Shown here in pieces: positions 13,297 to 26,420 of a stretch of DNA of 64,000 nucleotides. Made by a program: the position numbers and the translations under genes. Source of the stretch: Stegostoma tigrinum (lineage: Eukaryota); contig NC_081356.1 in the NCBI RefSeq assembly GCF_030684315.1, positions 61,550,835 through 61,614,834 on the forward strand, in the 5' to 3' direction. Position 1 is the first letter of the stretch. Each line of letters starts with the position of its first letter. The notes under the pieces were generated by a model. It was not told the DNA's origin. It ran no database searches and saw only the letters and a program-made list of their open reading frames with translations.

Positions 13297-15400
13297 TCTT
13301 TCTGAAGACATTGGCTGATTCTTTACCTTGTAGCTCCCCCGGGGCAATTTTGCACTGGGTCAGGTTCCTCCAACTCTGTCTTGGATGCAGGTGATGTGTA
13401 ATGCACAGTAGCATGACTCTTATGCTCAGATTGTTTCAGAAAATATTAGTTACCTTTGCAGCCTGGAGAAGATATCAAGGAGGTGACATTAGCATTGTCC
13501 ACCTCAGATTCCAAAGTGATCTTCAACGCTCAGTGGAGAAGGAGAACCTGCTGGTTCCGGAACATGTGGAAAGGCTGTTGAGGAGCTCCCAACATGTGTA
13601 CGATTTTGCAGCTTTCATATGGCCCACATCCTTGATCAGGACCATCACATCTACCTCAAATTTGTATGCCACTGGACCTGATCTTGTGCTGATCATGCCC
13701 CTGACCCATGCAGAGCCACTCCCATGGTTCCTGCACCAAACCTTGTCCCCTGAAGTAAATTATCTATCTCGCTTAGCAAAGTCTAGTGTCTCGCATAGGT
13801 GTTCCTGATGCCATTTCATACCTGCCTCCACCTCAGGCCTGGGAAGCCCAGGTTTAACCTGGTGCAGGGTGTTCTTCACATTTGAAAACCTCCTGGAGCT
13901 ATACCTGTAGGTGCTTGAAGGGTGGTCTTAGAATTCATTAGGACCTGGTACAGTATGTATTTAGCGAAGTTGTTGGCTGTTCTTTAAGCCTGCCTTCAGA
14001 GTTTGGACTCCTCTTTCTGCCAGACCATTGCATGAGGGATTGTATGGAACTGTCCTTATGCATTGAATTCCATTCAAACTTAGGAAATACTCCCATTTCC
14101 TGTTGGTAAATGATGGCCTATTATCTGTAATCAGCACTTCCATGAGTCTTACAAAAGATGTACAGTTTTTTTATCTTTGTCCTCATGTTTGATGAATGTG
14201 CATCTAGCCACTTTGAGTGGCTATCCACAATGACTAAGAACATTGAGTTAATGAAAGGACCTGCATTGTTGATGAGTAACTGAGTCCAGGGCTCACCCAC
14301 CCATTCCCTTGAACAGGCAGCCGGACTGCTTGGATTGCTGGGAGGTGTGACCCACTGGGGCAGCAGCTGGTCAAGGTTGAGGATCCGGTAGATACCATGG
14401 ACTGGGCGAATATGGGACTAGTTTAGTTTGGGATTATGGTCGGCATGGGCTGGTTGGACCGAAGGGTCTGTTTCCATGCTGTGTGACTCTATGACTTTAT
14501 TGGGTGAGCTGCTGGTGGTAATTTTTGTTCTTGTCAGCAGTTTGGGCACTGCCCCACCAACACAGCAATGTCTGCATGCAGTCCTGGCCATTAGACATTT
14601 CTTCTAACCAACATCTTCATTTTGGAAATCCCTGGATGACCCTGGTGGAGTTCAGCCAGTACCTGGCGGTGGCCTTTGCTTCAGACAGTCATCCTTGCTC
14701 CACGTAACAATGTGCCATCTTCTACTGTGATCTGGTCTCTCTTGATCCAAAAAGACTTCAACTCTGGCTGTGATGGCCCTTTGGTTTCCCCATCACCACC
14801 AGCTGTTTCCATTTAGCCAAGAATCAATCCTTCTGTGTCCAAAGTCTGATATTGTCAGCTGTGACTGGAAGTGTGTCCAGAAAATTTAAAACCATGATGA
14901 ACTCTTCCAGTGGTGGTACCATCGGTGGTGTATCTGCCAATGGGAGGTGGCTCAATGCATCCACATTTGCTACTTGGCCCTCTGGATGGTATTCCAAGTT
15001 GTAATTATATGCACTTAGTATTAGAACCCACCACTGAATTTGGCATGAATCTATGGGTGGGCACTGCCTTGTCCTATTACATGGACCTAGTTGGAGTTTA
15101 TGATCTGTTATTAGTACAAATTTACATCCATAGAGGTATTTATGGAACGTCATAACTATAAATATAACAGCCAAACCTTCTTTCTCCATTTGGGCATATT
15201 TAATCTCCCCGCATTAGTGTAAGTCCTGTATACATTCACGATTGGCAATCCTCCGTTTCTTCACTTCCCTGAAAGCTATGCCTTGGCTATGTAACCATTT
15301 CCAAGACTGGCCTCTTCTTAGGAGTTGATGCAAACGTGCCAGGATAGAGGCCAGGTTATGTATGAACTTTCTATAATAATTCACATAATAATTCAGGATT
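13297..15400 (-). mobile_element. Degenerate Gypsy/Ty3 LTR retrotransposon pol (RT end, RNase H, integrase)
   Basis: VNYYRKFIHNLASILARLHQLL; RNase H EKEGLAVIF...FHKYLYGCKFVLITDHK...ANVDALSHLPL; integrase ITDNRPSFT...PYNPSCNGLAERGVQTLK. Confidence 0.92.
14400..14497 (+). mobile_element. CR1 3'-tail fragment inside the Gypsy element
   Basis: ggttggaccgaagggtctgtttccatgctgtgtgactctatgact matches CR1 tails at ~40180-40222 and ~63630-63685. Confidence 0.8.
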
Positions 15401-16150
15401 AATTGTGGATGATGTTCAACATTATGCAATCATTGGTGAACATCCTCACTTCTGAAGCAGCTGAAGATGGTTAGTCCAAGGAACTCCTGCAGAGATGTTC
15501 TTGATTTGACTTGGTTGACCTCCAGCAATCATAGCCATGTTCTTTTGTGTCAGATTGAACTCCAACCAGTGGAAGCTTTTGCCACTGACTTCCATTAATT
15601 AGTTTTGCCAAAGTTCTTTGATAGTATACTCAGTCAAATGCGGCCTTAATAACACCTTGCTCTGTTGTTCAACTGTTTTGAGCATTTGAACCAAGGCTCC
15701 AATGAGGTCAGGACCTAGGTGGCCCTGGAAAACCCAAACTGGGTGTCAGTGGGCAGATTATTGCTTTAGAAGTGCTATTTGGTAGCGCTATCATTGACAC
15801 CATGACCCAACCATGACTTTGATGATGGAGAATTGACTCCTTGGGCATTGATTGACTGCCTTTTGTGGCCAATACATACCTGAGACATATTTCCAATTTT
15901 CAGGTACATACCAGTATTTTAACTTTACAGGAACAACTTGGCAAGGGCCTGGTAAGTTCTGGAGCACATGCTTTCATTGATATCACTGATATGTTGTCAA
16001 GATTTATAATGTTCATAGTTTCCAGTGCCTTCACGTATTTCTTGATATCATCAATGTGGCTGATGCTTAGCATCTGTAATTTTAGACATCTCAGGAGGAG
16101 ACAGGGATAGAATTGCCATTTCTGACTAAAGCTGTAAACGAACACTTCAG

Positions 16151-18982
16151 AGATAACAAGGTAGAGAGCTGGATGAACGCAGCAGGCCAAATGGCATCAG
16201 AGGAGCAGGAAGGATGACGTTTCAGGCCTAGAACCTTCTTCAGAAATGTGGGATGGGGAGAGGGTTCTGAAATTAATACGGAGAAAGCGAGAGGCGGACA
16301 GAAGATAGATAAGGCAGATGATAGGTGGAGAGGAGACAGAAAAGTCAAAGAGGTGGGGATGGAGCTAGTAAAGGTGAGTGTAGGTGGGGAGGTAGGGAGG
16401 AGATAGGTCAGTCCAGGGAGGATGGACAGATCAAGGGGGCGGGATGAGGTTAGTAGGGAGGAGATGGGGGTGGGGCTTGAGGTGGGAGGAGGGGATAGGT
16501 GGGAGGAAAGACAGGTTAGGGAGCTGGGGATGAGCTGGACTGGTTTTGGGATGCGTTGGGGGAGTGGAGATTTTGAAACTTGTGAATTCCACATTAATAC
16601 CATTGGGCTGCAGGGTGGCATCATTGTGGCACTGCAGGAGGCCACCTCTTCATCTCCAACTGCTGTTGGGACATCAATCACCTCAACTTCTCCACCCCTC
16701 TCACCCACTTCAAACTCTCCACCACAGAACTCTGCCACAGCCTCTGCTCCTTCTGCTCCAATCCCAACCTCACCATAAAACCTGTGAACAAGGGAGGCGC
16801 AGTTGTAGTATGGCGCACTGACCTCTACGTAGCTGAGGCCAGGTTACCATCTATCCGACACCACATCCTACCGCCCCCTTGATCATGACCCCACCCCCGA
16901 TGACGATACCATCATCTCCCAAACCATCCACAACCTCATCATTTCAGGTGACCTCCCTACCACAACCTAAAACCTCATCGTTCCCTAACCCCGCACCACC
17001 AGCTTCTATCTCTTTCCCAAAATCCACAAACCTGACTGCCCTGGTCAACTCATTGTCTCCGCCTGCTCCTGCCCCACTGAACTTGTCTCCACCTATCTGG
17101 AATCCATTTTCTCCCCCTTGGTCCAGGAACTCCCTACCTATAGGACACCATCCACACCCTCCACTTCCTCCAGAACTTCCAATTTCCCGGTCCCCAACAT
17201 CTCATTTTTACCATGGGCCTCCAATCCCTATACACCTGCATTCTCCATGCAGATGGTCTAAAGGCCCTCTGCTTCTTCCTGTCCCACAGCTCTGACCAAT
17301 CACCCTCCACTAACACCCTCATCCGCTTAGCTGATATCGTCCTCACCCTCAACATCTTCTCTTTCAATTCCTCCCACTTTCTACAGAAAAAGGGAGTGGC
17401 CATGGGTACGCGCATGGGCCCAAGCTATGACTGCCTCTTTGTAGGGTATGTGGAACAATCCCTCTTCCATAGCTACACTGGCTCTAAACCCCACGTCATC
17501 CTCTGTTACATTGATGACTGTATCGGCGCCGCCTCATGCTCCCATGAGGAGCTCGAACAGTTCATCCACTTCACCAACACCTTCCACCCCAACCTTAAGT
17601 TCACCTGGACCATCTCTAATACCTCTTTCTCCTCCCTGGACCTCTCTGGCAAACACCTAGAAACCGATATCCATTTCAAGCCCACCAACTCCCACAGCTA
17701 CCTGGAATACAACTCCTCCCACCAACCTTCCTGCAAAAATGCCATCCCCTATTCCCAATTCCTTCGCCTCTGCCACATCTGCTCCAAGGATAAGGCATTC
17801 CACTCCCATACATCTCAGATGTCCTCGTTGCTCAAGGACTGCAAACTCTCCCCCCCAGTGTTCGAGAACACCCTCAACTGTGTCTCCCGCATTTTCCACA
17901 ACTCATCCCTCACAACTCCTCCCCACAAAACAATCAAAACAGAATCTCCCTCATCCTCACCTACCGCCCCACCAACTTCCAGATCCAATGCATCATCCTC
18001 CGACACTTCCGCCAACTGGATTTCCGACCCCACCACCAAAGACATTTTTCCTTCCCTGCCCTTATCTGCTTTCCAGAGGGACCACTCTCTCAGTGACTCC
18101 CTCGTCTGCTCCACACTCCCCTCCAGCCCCACCACATCCAGTACTTTTCCCTGCAACCACAGGAAGTGCTACACCTGCGTCTACACCTCCCCCCTCACCC
18201 CCATCCCAGGCCCCAAGAAGACTTTGCACATCAAGCAGATGTTAACCTATACATCTGCTACTATGGTATATTGCATCCGCTGTTCCCGTTGTGGCCTCCT
18301 CTACATTGGGGAAGCCAAACAGAGGTTTGGGGACCACTTTGCAGAACACCTACACTTGGTTCGCACTAAACAACTACGCCTCTCAGTCACGAACCACTTC
18401 AACTCCCTCTTGGGCCTCCTGCAGTGTCACAACGATGCTACCTGAAGGTTGCAGGAACAGCAACTCACATTCTGCTTGGAAACCCTGCAGCCCAATGGTG
18501 TCAATGTGGACTTCACAAGTTTCAAAATCTCCCCCCTCCCTACTGCATCCCAAAACCAGCTCAGCTCGTCCCCGCCTCCCTGACATGTTATTCTTCCCAC
18601 CTATCCCCTCCTCCGACATCAAGCCCCACTCCCATCTTCTACTTACTCGCCTCATCCCACCCCCTTGACCTGTACCTCCCCAATGTATTGACCTATCTCC
18701 TCCCTAATTCCCCACCTATACTCACCTTTACTGGCTCCATCCCTGCCTCTTTGACCTGTCTGTCTCCTCTCCACCTATCTTCTCCTCTATCCATCTTCTA
18801 TCTGCTTCCCCATTTCTCCCTATTTATTTCAGAACCCTCTTCCCCTCCCCCATTTCTGAAGAAGGACCTAGGCCTGAAACGTCAGCCTTCCTGCCCCCGA
18901 TGCTGCTTGGCCTGCTGTATTCATCCAGCTCTACACCTTGTTATCTCACATTCTCCACCATCTGCAGTTACTACTATCTCTG
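16151..18982 (+). mobile_element. Penelope-like retroelement (Neptune-type) with a 5' inverted terminal repeat
   Basis: 16151-~16643 is the reverse complement of the 3' region (~18410-18947). Body encodes RT (LQSLYT, QKKGVAMGTRMGPSY, YIDD), Cys linker CNHRKCYTC and GIY-YIG (VYCIRCSRCGLLYIGE). 15-bp duplication aaacgaacacttcag (16136-16150) / aaatgaacatttcag (18983-18997). Confidence 0.95.
18853..18886 (+). ncRNA. Minimal hammerhead ribozyme motif in the Penelope terminal repeat
   Basis: CTGAAGA-aggacctaggcct-GAAACGTC; inverted counterpart at ~16216-16243. Stem I is weak. Confidence 0.6.
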
Positions 18983-19892
18983 AAATGAACATTTCAGTTT
19001 GTTTTTTGTCATTTCAATTGGGTATGCTAGGCTTCTCTATTGTTAAGGTGGGGGATATTGTTTTGGAATGTCAGATGGTAGTTATGGATTAATTTGCTGT
19101 TTTTTGGGTGTGATCGCAATGATGGTAGGCTGTCTGGTGGTTTAGAGGTTTAGATGATGCAGGGAGCAGCCAGATCCTGGTGTGGAGCAGAGAGGATATC
19201 TGGTAATTTGTTGCAGGAAATTTTCCTGCTCCATCTGGCCCACAGGCAGTCCTGGAAAATCTCTTAGTGACAGATAAAATGAAGCCGTGCAGCCTCATAC
19301 TGGTATTTAAATGAGCAACCTGCTTCTGACAAGTAGATTGGCTGTCCTTAAAACTCAAGTTATGCAAGCTGAATATTCTTTTCAAAATTCTTGCACCTCA
19401 ACGTCAGACACAAGCTCATCACAACATTTTTCAGAACAAATTCCACCAAACATCACTGAAGAAGTTAAATGTTACATTCATAGTAGATGTGGCTGGAATC
19501 AGTTGGAGATTTTACTCCTTTCCTCATACAGAAGAGGCTCTGAACATTTTGATAATTATTGTGACAAGAAAGCAGCAATAAAATTGTCAGATTGAACTGA
19601 CAGTTAAAATTGACAGTAAATTATGGGCAATATTATGGTGCCTTTTCTGTGAAACTACTATTTCAACAAAATTCTTTTTTGACATATTAATGGGGTAAAG
19701 TTATCTTCAATGCATAGTTGTTGTAGTGTTGAAAGTTGCCTGACATTTTACAGATGAATTGAAAAATCTGAGTTTTGCCATCTAATTTTCTAGTTTATAA
19801 TTACATTCTAACAGCATAACTTCTGAATATTTTATTAACATTTATGAGTAGCTTAAATTTGATTATCTTGATCACCCTGTAAAACATCACTT

Positions 19893-21248
19893 CATAGAAG
19901 TTATAGAGTCCCCACAGCATGGAAACAGGCCCTTCAGCCCAACAAGACCTCACTGCTCCTCAGAGCATACCACCCAGACACATCACCCTATAACCTACAA
20001 ATCCCTGAAAATTACAGGCAATTGAGCATGACCAATCCACCTAACCTGCACATCTTAGGACTGTGGGAGGAAACCCACACAGACACAGGGAGAATGTGCA
20101 AACTCCACACAGACAGTCGCCCAAGGGTATAATTGAACCCGGGGCCCTGGCACTGTGAGGCAGCAGAGCTAACCACTGAGCTGGCCAACAGAAGGCAGCG
20201 AGTGGTAGTAGAAGGAAAATATTCTGCCTGGAAGTCAGTGGTGAGTGGTGTTCCACAGGGGTCTGTCCTTGGGCTTCTACTGTTTGTAATTTTTATTAAT
20301 GACTTGGATGAGGGGATTGAAGGATGGGTCAGCAAGTATGCAGGCGACACAAAGGTTGGAGGTGTCGTTGACAGTATAGAGGGCTGTTGTAGGCTGCAGC
20401 GGGACATTGACAGGATGCAGAGATGGGTTGACAGGTGGCAGATGGAGTTCAACCTGGATATATGCGAGGTGATGCATTTTGGAAGGTCGAATTTGAAAGC
20501 TGAGTACAGGATTAAGGATAGGATTCTTGGCAGTGTGGAGGGACAGAGGGATCTTGGTGTGCAGATACATAGATCCCTTAAAATGGCCACCCAAGTGGAC
20601 AGGCTTGTTAAGAAAGCATACGGTGTTTTGGCTTTCATTAACAGGGGGATTGAGTTTAAGAGTCGTGAGATCTTGTTGCAGCTCTATAAAACTTTGGTTA
20701 GACCGCACTTGGAATACTGCGCCCAGTTCTGGTCACCCTATTATAGGAAAGATGTGGATGCTTTGGAGAGGGTTCAGAGGAGGTTTACCAGGATGCTGCC
20801 TGGACTGGAGGGCTTATCTTATGAAGAGAGGTTGACTGAGCTCAGACTTTTTTCATTGGAGAAAAGGAGGAGGAGAGGGGACCTAATTGAGATATACAAG
20901 ATAATAGAGGCATAGATAGAGTTGATAGCCAGAGACTATTTCCCAGGGCAGAAATGGCTAACACGAGGGGTCATAGTTTTAAGCTGGTTGGAGGAAAGTA
21001 TAGAGGGGATGTCAGAGGCGGGTTCTTTACACAGAGAGTTGTGAGAGCATGGAATGCGTTGCCAGCAGCAGTTGTGGAAGCAAGGTCATTGGCGTCATTT
21101 AAGAGACTGCTGGACATGCACATGGTCACAGAAATTTGAGGGTGCATACATGAGGATCAATGGTCGGCACAACATCGTGGGCTGAAGGGCCTGTTCTGTG
21201 CTGTAGTGTTCTATGTTCTATGTTCTATGAGCCATCATGCCACCCCAT
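19893..21248 (-). mobile_element. HE1-like V-SINE (19893-20181 plus 21228-21248), split in its tRNA head by a CR1 insertion
   Basis: Reverse-complement V-domain and tail; head aaccactgagc resumes after the CR1 as gagccatcatgccacccc. Confidence 0.85.
20182..21227 (+). mobile_element. Young 5'-truncated CR1 LINE (RT C-terminal half and 3' UTR)
   Basis: Frame open to 20915: SGVPQGSVLG, FINDLDEG, KYAGDTK, WQMEFN, LYKTLVRPHLEYC; tail (ctatgtt)n; tgagc on both sides. Confidence 0.95.
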
Positions 21249-22019
21249 GAGTCACTGTGTTGCCTAATTCAAATTAAATAATTATAACACTATGCCTGTG
21301 TTGATCTTAGTGATATAATAAATGCAAATTTAAAGATTAACAAAGAAAAGAACCTGTTGTTTTTGAACTATGAAAACAAATAACCAAGACCTCAGCATGG
21401 GTATGTGCAATCTATGTGTTAGAAAGGAAATTCAAGGTCAATCTTAGCATTAAATAACTTTGATCATAACATATTCCATTCAACTCTTGTTCCTAAATTT
21501 ATTGCAGTAATTGCAATTTTGCATGAAGACAAACTTCTCTAAAAAGTTTAGAACAGTGCCCCTCTCTCTCTCTAAATAAAACTTGAATAAAAACATGCAG
21601 AGTTGGCCTGAAGGAAGGTTTATTTCCTTAACAATTTCATATACAAAGGAACATCAATGGCAGAAGCTAGACTGAAACACCCTTCATCCATAATATATCA
21701 TAGTATTGAAAGCAATGAATGGCACAAAAGCACAAATACAATACTGTTTAAAAGTAAATACCTAATGATACAAACACGCTTTTAAGTCACTCTTTTAGCC
21801 CCATATTTCCCATCCCCCATTCTCTGAGTTGTATTTATTTGTATGAGGCTGAATTTGTATGTGGCACAAACTGAAAACTAATGCTTTACTTAACAGCCTC
21901 CTGCTCATTCTTCCTGTTTTCCCTCAAAGAAGCAACAACAGGCTAGTGCCCAGTTTGAGAAGAATCTTGCTGGTTGTAAGTGGTCAACATTTGAAGCCAC
22001 TTCCTAACATTGTTTCTGT

Positions 22020-22400
22020 AGAATTTAAGAATGATTGCAGCAATGAAGGAATTCATTCGGCCCTTCAAGTCTGTGACGACGCTCTGCAAGACCAATGTAG
22101 CTCACTCCACTTGCCTGCAAATGTTTATCAAGTTCCCTTTCAAAAACTGTAATTGAATCTGTCTCCACAGCGATCATGGGCAGAGTGTTCCAAATCCTTA
22201 TTTGTTCTGAGAGTGCCTTTTTTCATGCTGCTTCTGATTAATTTGCCAATCATTTTAAATCTACATTCTTGGTTCTTGACATTTCTGCCAATGTTTTATC
22301 TAGAAACCTAATGATTTTGAACACCTTTATCAAATCTGCTCTCAACCTTTACTTCTCTAAGGAAACCAACCACCACTTGTACAAATTTGTAACAAGTAAC
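22020..22400 (-). mobile_element. Old CR1 3' fragment
   Basis: Reverse complement resembles a CR1 C-terminus/3' UTR (atgattttgaacacctttatcaaatct...ctcaacctt, attcggcccttcaagtctg). Confidence 0.6.
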
Positions 22401-23628
22401 CTGGTGGTCAAAAAAGCCTCACGCCATTACATACTGAAGCTCCTCATTCTTTTTATGAATTAAATAGTTAGCAAATAATTGGCTGTGCCACTGTGATTCA
22501 ATGCAGATATATTTGACTGTTTTACACGGAAATAGAGTATCATTTGATTCGTACACATCTGTTTGCTCCAGGTTCAGTGCAAAAATTTGGGCCAATCCAT
22601 TTTTAGTTTGTTTTAGTCAAAATAGATGAATGATATATTAGGCATGGATATTAACAGGGCTAGACTTGGTGTTAGTGGCAAATAAAGTTTTAGTTGGAAT
22701 TCTAAAATTAGCTTTCAGCTAATACCAGGTCGTTCTCCGTCAGCAGCTTTCTGCTTGGAAGCCAGCATCCTGGGTAGAATATCTCCCTCTGGGCAGCAAG
22801 GACACCAGAGTGAGCTGCAGTAGAGCTGATCACAATATCAAAGAAATCTGGGATTGATTGCTCGTGAGGTGGAGTGGGGCATTGTTGGCAGGAACAGTGG
22901 ACAGGATTATTTCTGAACAGTTACAATCAAGGGGTGACTGATTCCTGATCATTTGATTCTTTGCAGGATAGGTCATTTGCTGCAGTGATAATGATCCTGG
23001 ACCCTGTGAGACCACTCATTCTCCCCGATCCAAAAAGAGTATTGTGAAAACATCTTTTCCCAAAGGTGGTTTGTGTGAAAGGTGGGCATTGGTGCATTCA
23101 AATGTGTTGAAAATATGATAAAGAATAAAACAAAACCTAGCCTTCCAGCTCTTGTGCCCACATTCACTCATCTCCAGCAGTCTCCTCATATCCCATGCCA
23201 ACTCAAGTCATGTCATGCTCCTCTGCACCCCAAGCCTTTTCATATCCTCCATGCTAATCTATGCCTCTCTTTCCCATATTCCATTATCAAACTGTGAACT
23301 GACAGGCATCCAACTATGATAATGAAAGTTTATGAAATCATTGACATAGCACTAACCTAGAAATGGCAACTCAGTCCAACACCAGCATCTTCACATCATG
23401 GATACCAAAGGAGTTATGCTATCATGGAGAAAGGAAACTCTGGGATTTCTACTGCCTCTCAAACATATTGAGGCCTATCATCCATCAGGCTACAAAAACA
23501 CATTGATACATTCTGATAGTAATGCTCCAGCCTCTGGAGAAAAAAAAAGTAAAAATTCCAGGCTATATTGATGCCTTTTCAAGTGCAGACTTAGTTTTGA
23601 AGATTGCTTTTCACTGCAACATGTACAA

Positions 23629-24756
23629 TGTAATCACCAGTGCTTGTCAAAAATGTAACTTTGTTTAAATACTAAGAAATTATTAGATATAACTGTGTTG
23701 GTTACATGTGAAAAATACATGACGATGAGTGAGAAATTATGTATTAATTGTAAAATCTGATTTATTTCATTCACAATCTTATGCATCTAAGATATATTTT
23801 TTTTCAAGGGTGAAATTTTATGAAGATGCTTTATGTTTAATTTTAAGGACAAAGGTATTGAAGGCTTGTGGAAAAGGGAATTTATTTCTTGTTTTGTGGA
23901 CATACCTGGTATGGTTTCTTTGAAAGAGTTCATTGAGGATTCAAAGTAAATGTTGGAAATTTGCTTTTAACAAATCCTGGAAAACACATGATTGTGATAA
24001 TGCTGTGCTACACTATAGACTCTGCTAGAGCTGTTTTCTTTTGAACAGTGATGGTCTTGGAAAGTTATAGTTTAATCCAGCTGAATTGGAGGAAAGTCTG
24101 CTAAGAAAAAGCTGATTTGAAGGAAAACTTGAACTGAACAAGCCGGATTCTCCTATTTCTGAAGAGGAACCCTTGACATTAATTTAGAGTGAAACTTTTC
24201 TTTTCAAAGATTGATTGGAAAGAACATCTCAAAATTGTATTTCCTGAGCAAGCTGTGTCCATTAGACTTCAGAGAGATGCTAAATTAATAACTTTGTCAT
24301 ATGTGCCAGAACATCAGAGCAGCGGTCTCCAGAACATCTTATGCTTTATCTGTTTGCCTTCAAGAATAACCTATTGGTCAAAATACTTTATTCCTCAGAC
24401 ATCCAATCTCTTCAGAGAAATCTGTTTTTATTTCTATTTTCTTGGAAAACGCTCATGTGTATATATTTGTGCATGTTTATGTGCATGTTTGTCATATTCA
24501 GAAGAATAAGTATTTATATTCTTTATCAAAGACTGTATACATTAAACAAATATTTATTAAATAAGGTCTGTTTTGATAATAAAACCACAATTGTGTTTAT
24601 TTTGTTTAACGATGTTTTGTTTAAAATTTTGTCATGAATATATTATGAATTTAATCGGTCATCTTGATAACTGGAAAAAGTATTTCTCATTTTATTTTGG
24701 AACCCATGGAGTAGTGGGCCTAGAATAATATGCACTCTTCCAGCCTCAGTTGTACA
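23629..24756. mobile_element. Candidate solo LTR
   Basis: ~1.1-kb AT-rich block bounded by tgtaat...gttgtaca (TG...CA) with aataaa ~170 bp before the end; no clean target duplication. Confidence 0.35.
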
Positions 24757-26106
24757 ACTTGTCACCAGAGATACAGCCTGCTGTCGTTCCTAGATTCCTG
24801 TAAACAGTGCTTATGGCTGACTGCTTCGGGCTGAAGATTTCATGGCTGCTGCCAAGATAGTGGGCACTGAAAAAAATTAATGTTTGCGTTTGGTAACACA
24901 TCAGCAGAAAATTAATGGGATGATAGCATTTATTGTTCCTGTTATTGTTGGTATGTGGGGTCTGCAAAATCACATGTATGCAGTTGATGTCTCTCTGTAT
25001 AATGGGGAATCCTATTAACTCAGCAAATTATCCTATGCATGTAACCATTACTCTCGGTTCTTTCTGTTTAGAAAGAAAATGATGAACTTATCTGTCCCTG
25101 CATATAATCGAGATGGCAACAGGCTTCCATTCGAGTCTTTTTCTGGGGAAACATGATTTAACCTAATTCTATGTAATTTAAAAAGATCTAAAAAATACTA
25201 AACTGGCAGTCTCTGTCTTAAACTATAGCCACCCAAAATTTTAAACTAAAAATTAGGCAAAACAGACTAAACAGTTACATGCTGATGGCTCACCAATTTT
25301 ACTTTCCCACAGAAGTCAGATAAAAGATCGGAGCAGGATTGCTTGGAGCTCCTCATGCTCTTTTACCCAGTGACGAAAACAAAAACAAAAGCGAGTCTGC
25401 TATAAACAAGGCCATTTGTGACGCATTGTGCACCTGCAGTCTGAAAGCTAAGAAGTTCTGCGAATAGCAGTTCCACTGAAAAGCTTAGGGTAATTTAACT
25501 ATTACTAAGCCTGATCCCTCACAATATCCTCATAGATCTCTATGCTTACATTATTCACCAAAAGGGACAGACAGATGAAAGAAAGAAAATCAGGCTGCAA
25601 AATATTAGCAAATTTTTCAATTTAAACTCAATCCACAACATATAAGTCAGTGATCTTCTTTTATGCCTTATTGCAATAGCATAAAAACAGCCTCTGTTAA
25701 TATACTGAGGATGTTGTATATTACTACAGATGGTGATTATAAACTGTTGGTACAATACTTATTGCTGTACTCAGTGACTTCCCCATTGGGTTCTAAATCT
25801 TGACTCCTTTGTATAAGAAATGATAAAATCTGTAAAGTTCAATAGAAGAGAAATGGAACAAAATGTGACCTTCAAATGGAAAATAAAAAAATACAGAAAA
25901 TAGTTTGCAGATCAAACTGCATCTGTGAAGAGAAACAGAGTCATGGTCTCAATTGTCCAGTGTCTGGATAGCCGGAAACCAGATGCACCCTAGAAAAGGC
26001 ACCTCTTGGAAGGCCAGGCACACAGAATATGTGAGGATTGTCCAAGAATTTGAAATGACTGGAATTGCTCGATGTCTGGAACCTTCAAAAAGTCTATAAC
26101 TCTGTT

Positions 26107-26420
26107 GTGCAGCGCAGTAGTTTAGTGGTCAGCACTGCTGCTTCACAGTGCCAGGTACATAGGTTTGATTCCAGCCTTGGGTATGGAGGTTGCATATTCT
26201 TCTTGGGTCTGTGTGGGCTTCCACTAGGTGTTCCCTTTCCCTCCCATAGTCCAAAGATGTGCTGGCTAGGTGGATTGGTCATGCTAAATTGCACTACAGT
26301 GTTCAGGGATGTACAGGCTATGTGGATTAGCCATGGGAAATGTGGCGATAGTGTATGGGGTGTTGCAGACTTGAGGGGCTGAACAGCCTCTTTCTGCTCT
26401 GTGGGGATTCTATGATTCAA
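26107..26420 (+). mobile_element. HE1-like V-SINE, near full length
   Basis: tRNA-like head (gtagtttagtgg...ggtttgattcc), V-domain ctcccatagtccaaagatgtg...ggattggtcatgctaaattgc, tail ctgtggggattctatgattc. Confidence 0.88.

Larger units (their letters stand above)
15400..19090 (-). mobile_element. Degenerate CR1-group LINE (30281-32870 family), split by the Penelope insertion at 16151-18982
   Basis: 15400-16140 and 18998-19090 are reverse-complement homologues of ~31960-32830; the pieces are contiguous once the insert and one target-duplication copy are removed. Confidence 0.75.

Noticed and set aside
17213-18445. 410-aa ORF as an intact Penelope protein
   Set aside because: It contains an out-of-frame stretch (KTIKTESPSSSPT...SANWI replaces NQNRIPLILTY...RIILQHF seen in the other copy) from compensating frameshifts, lacks the N-terminus and stops early.
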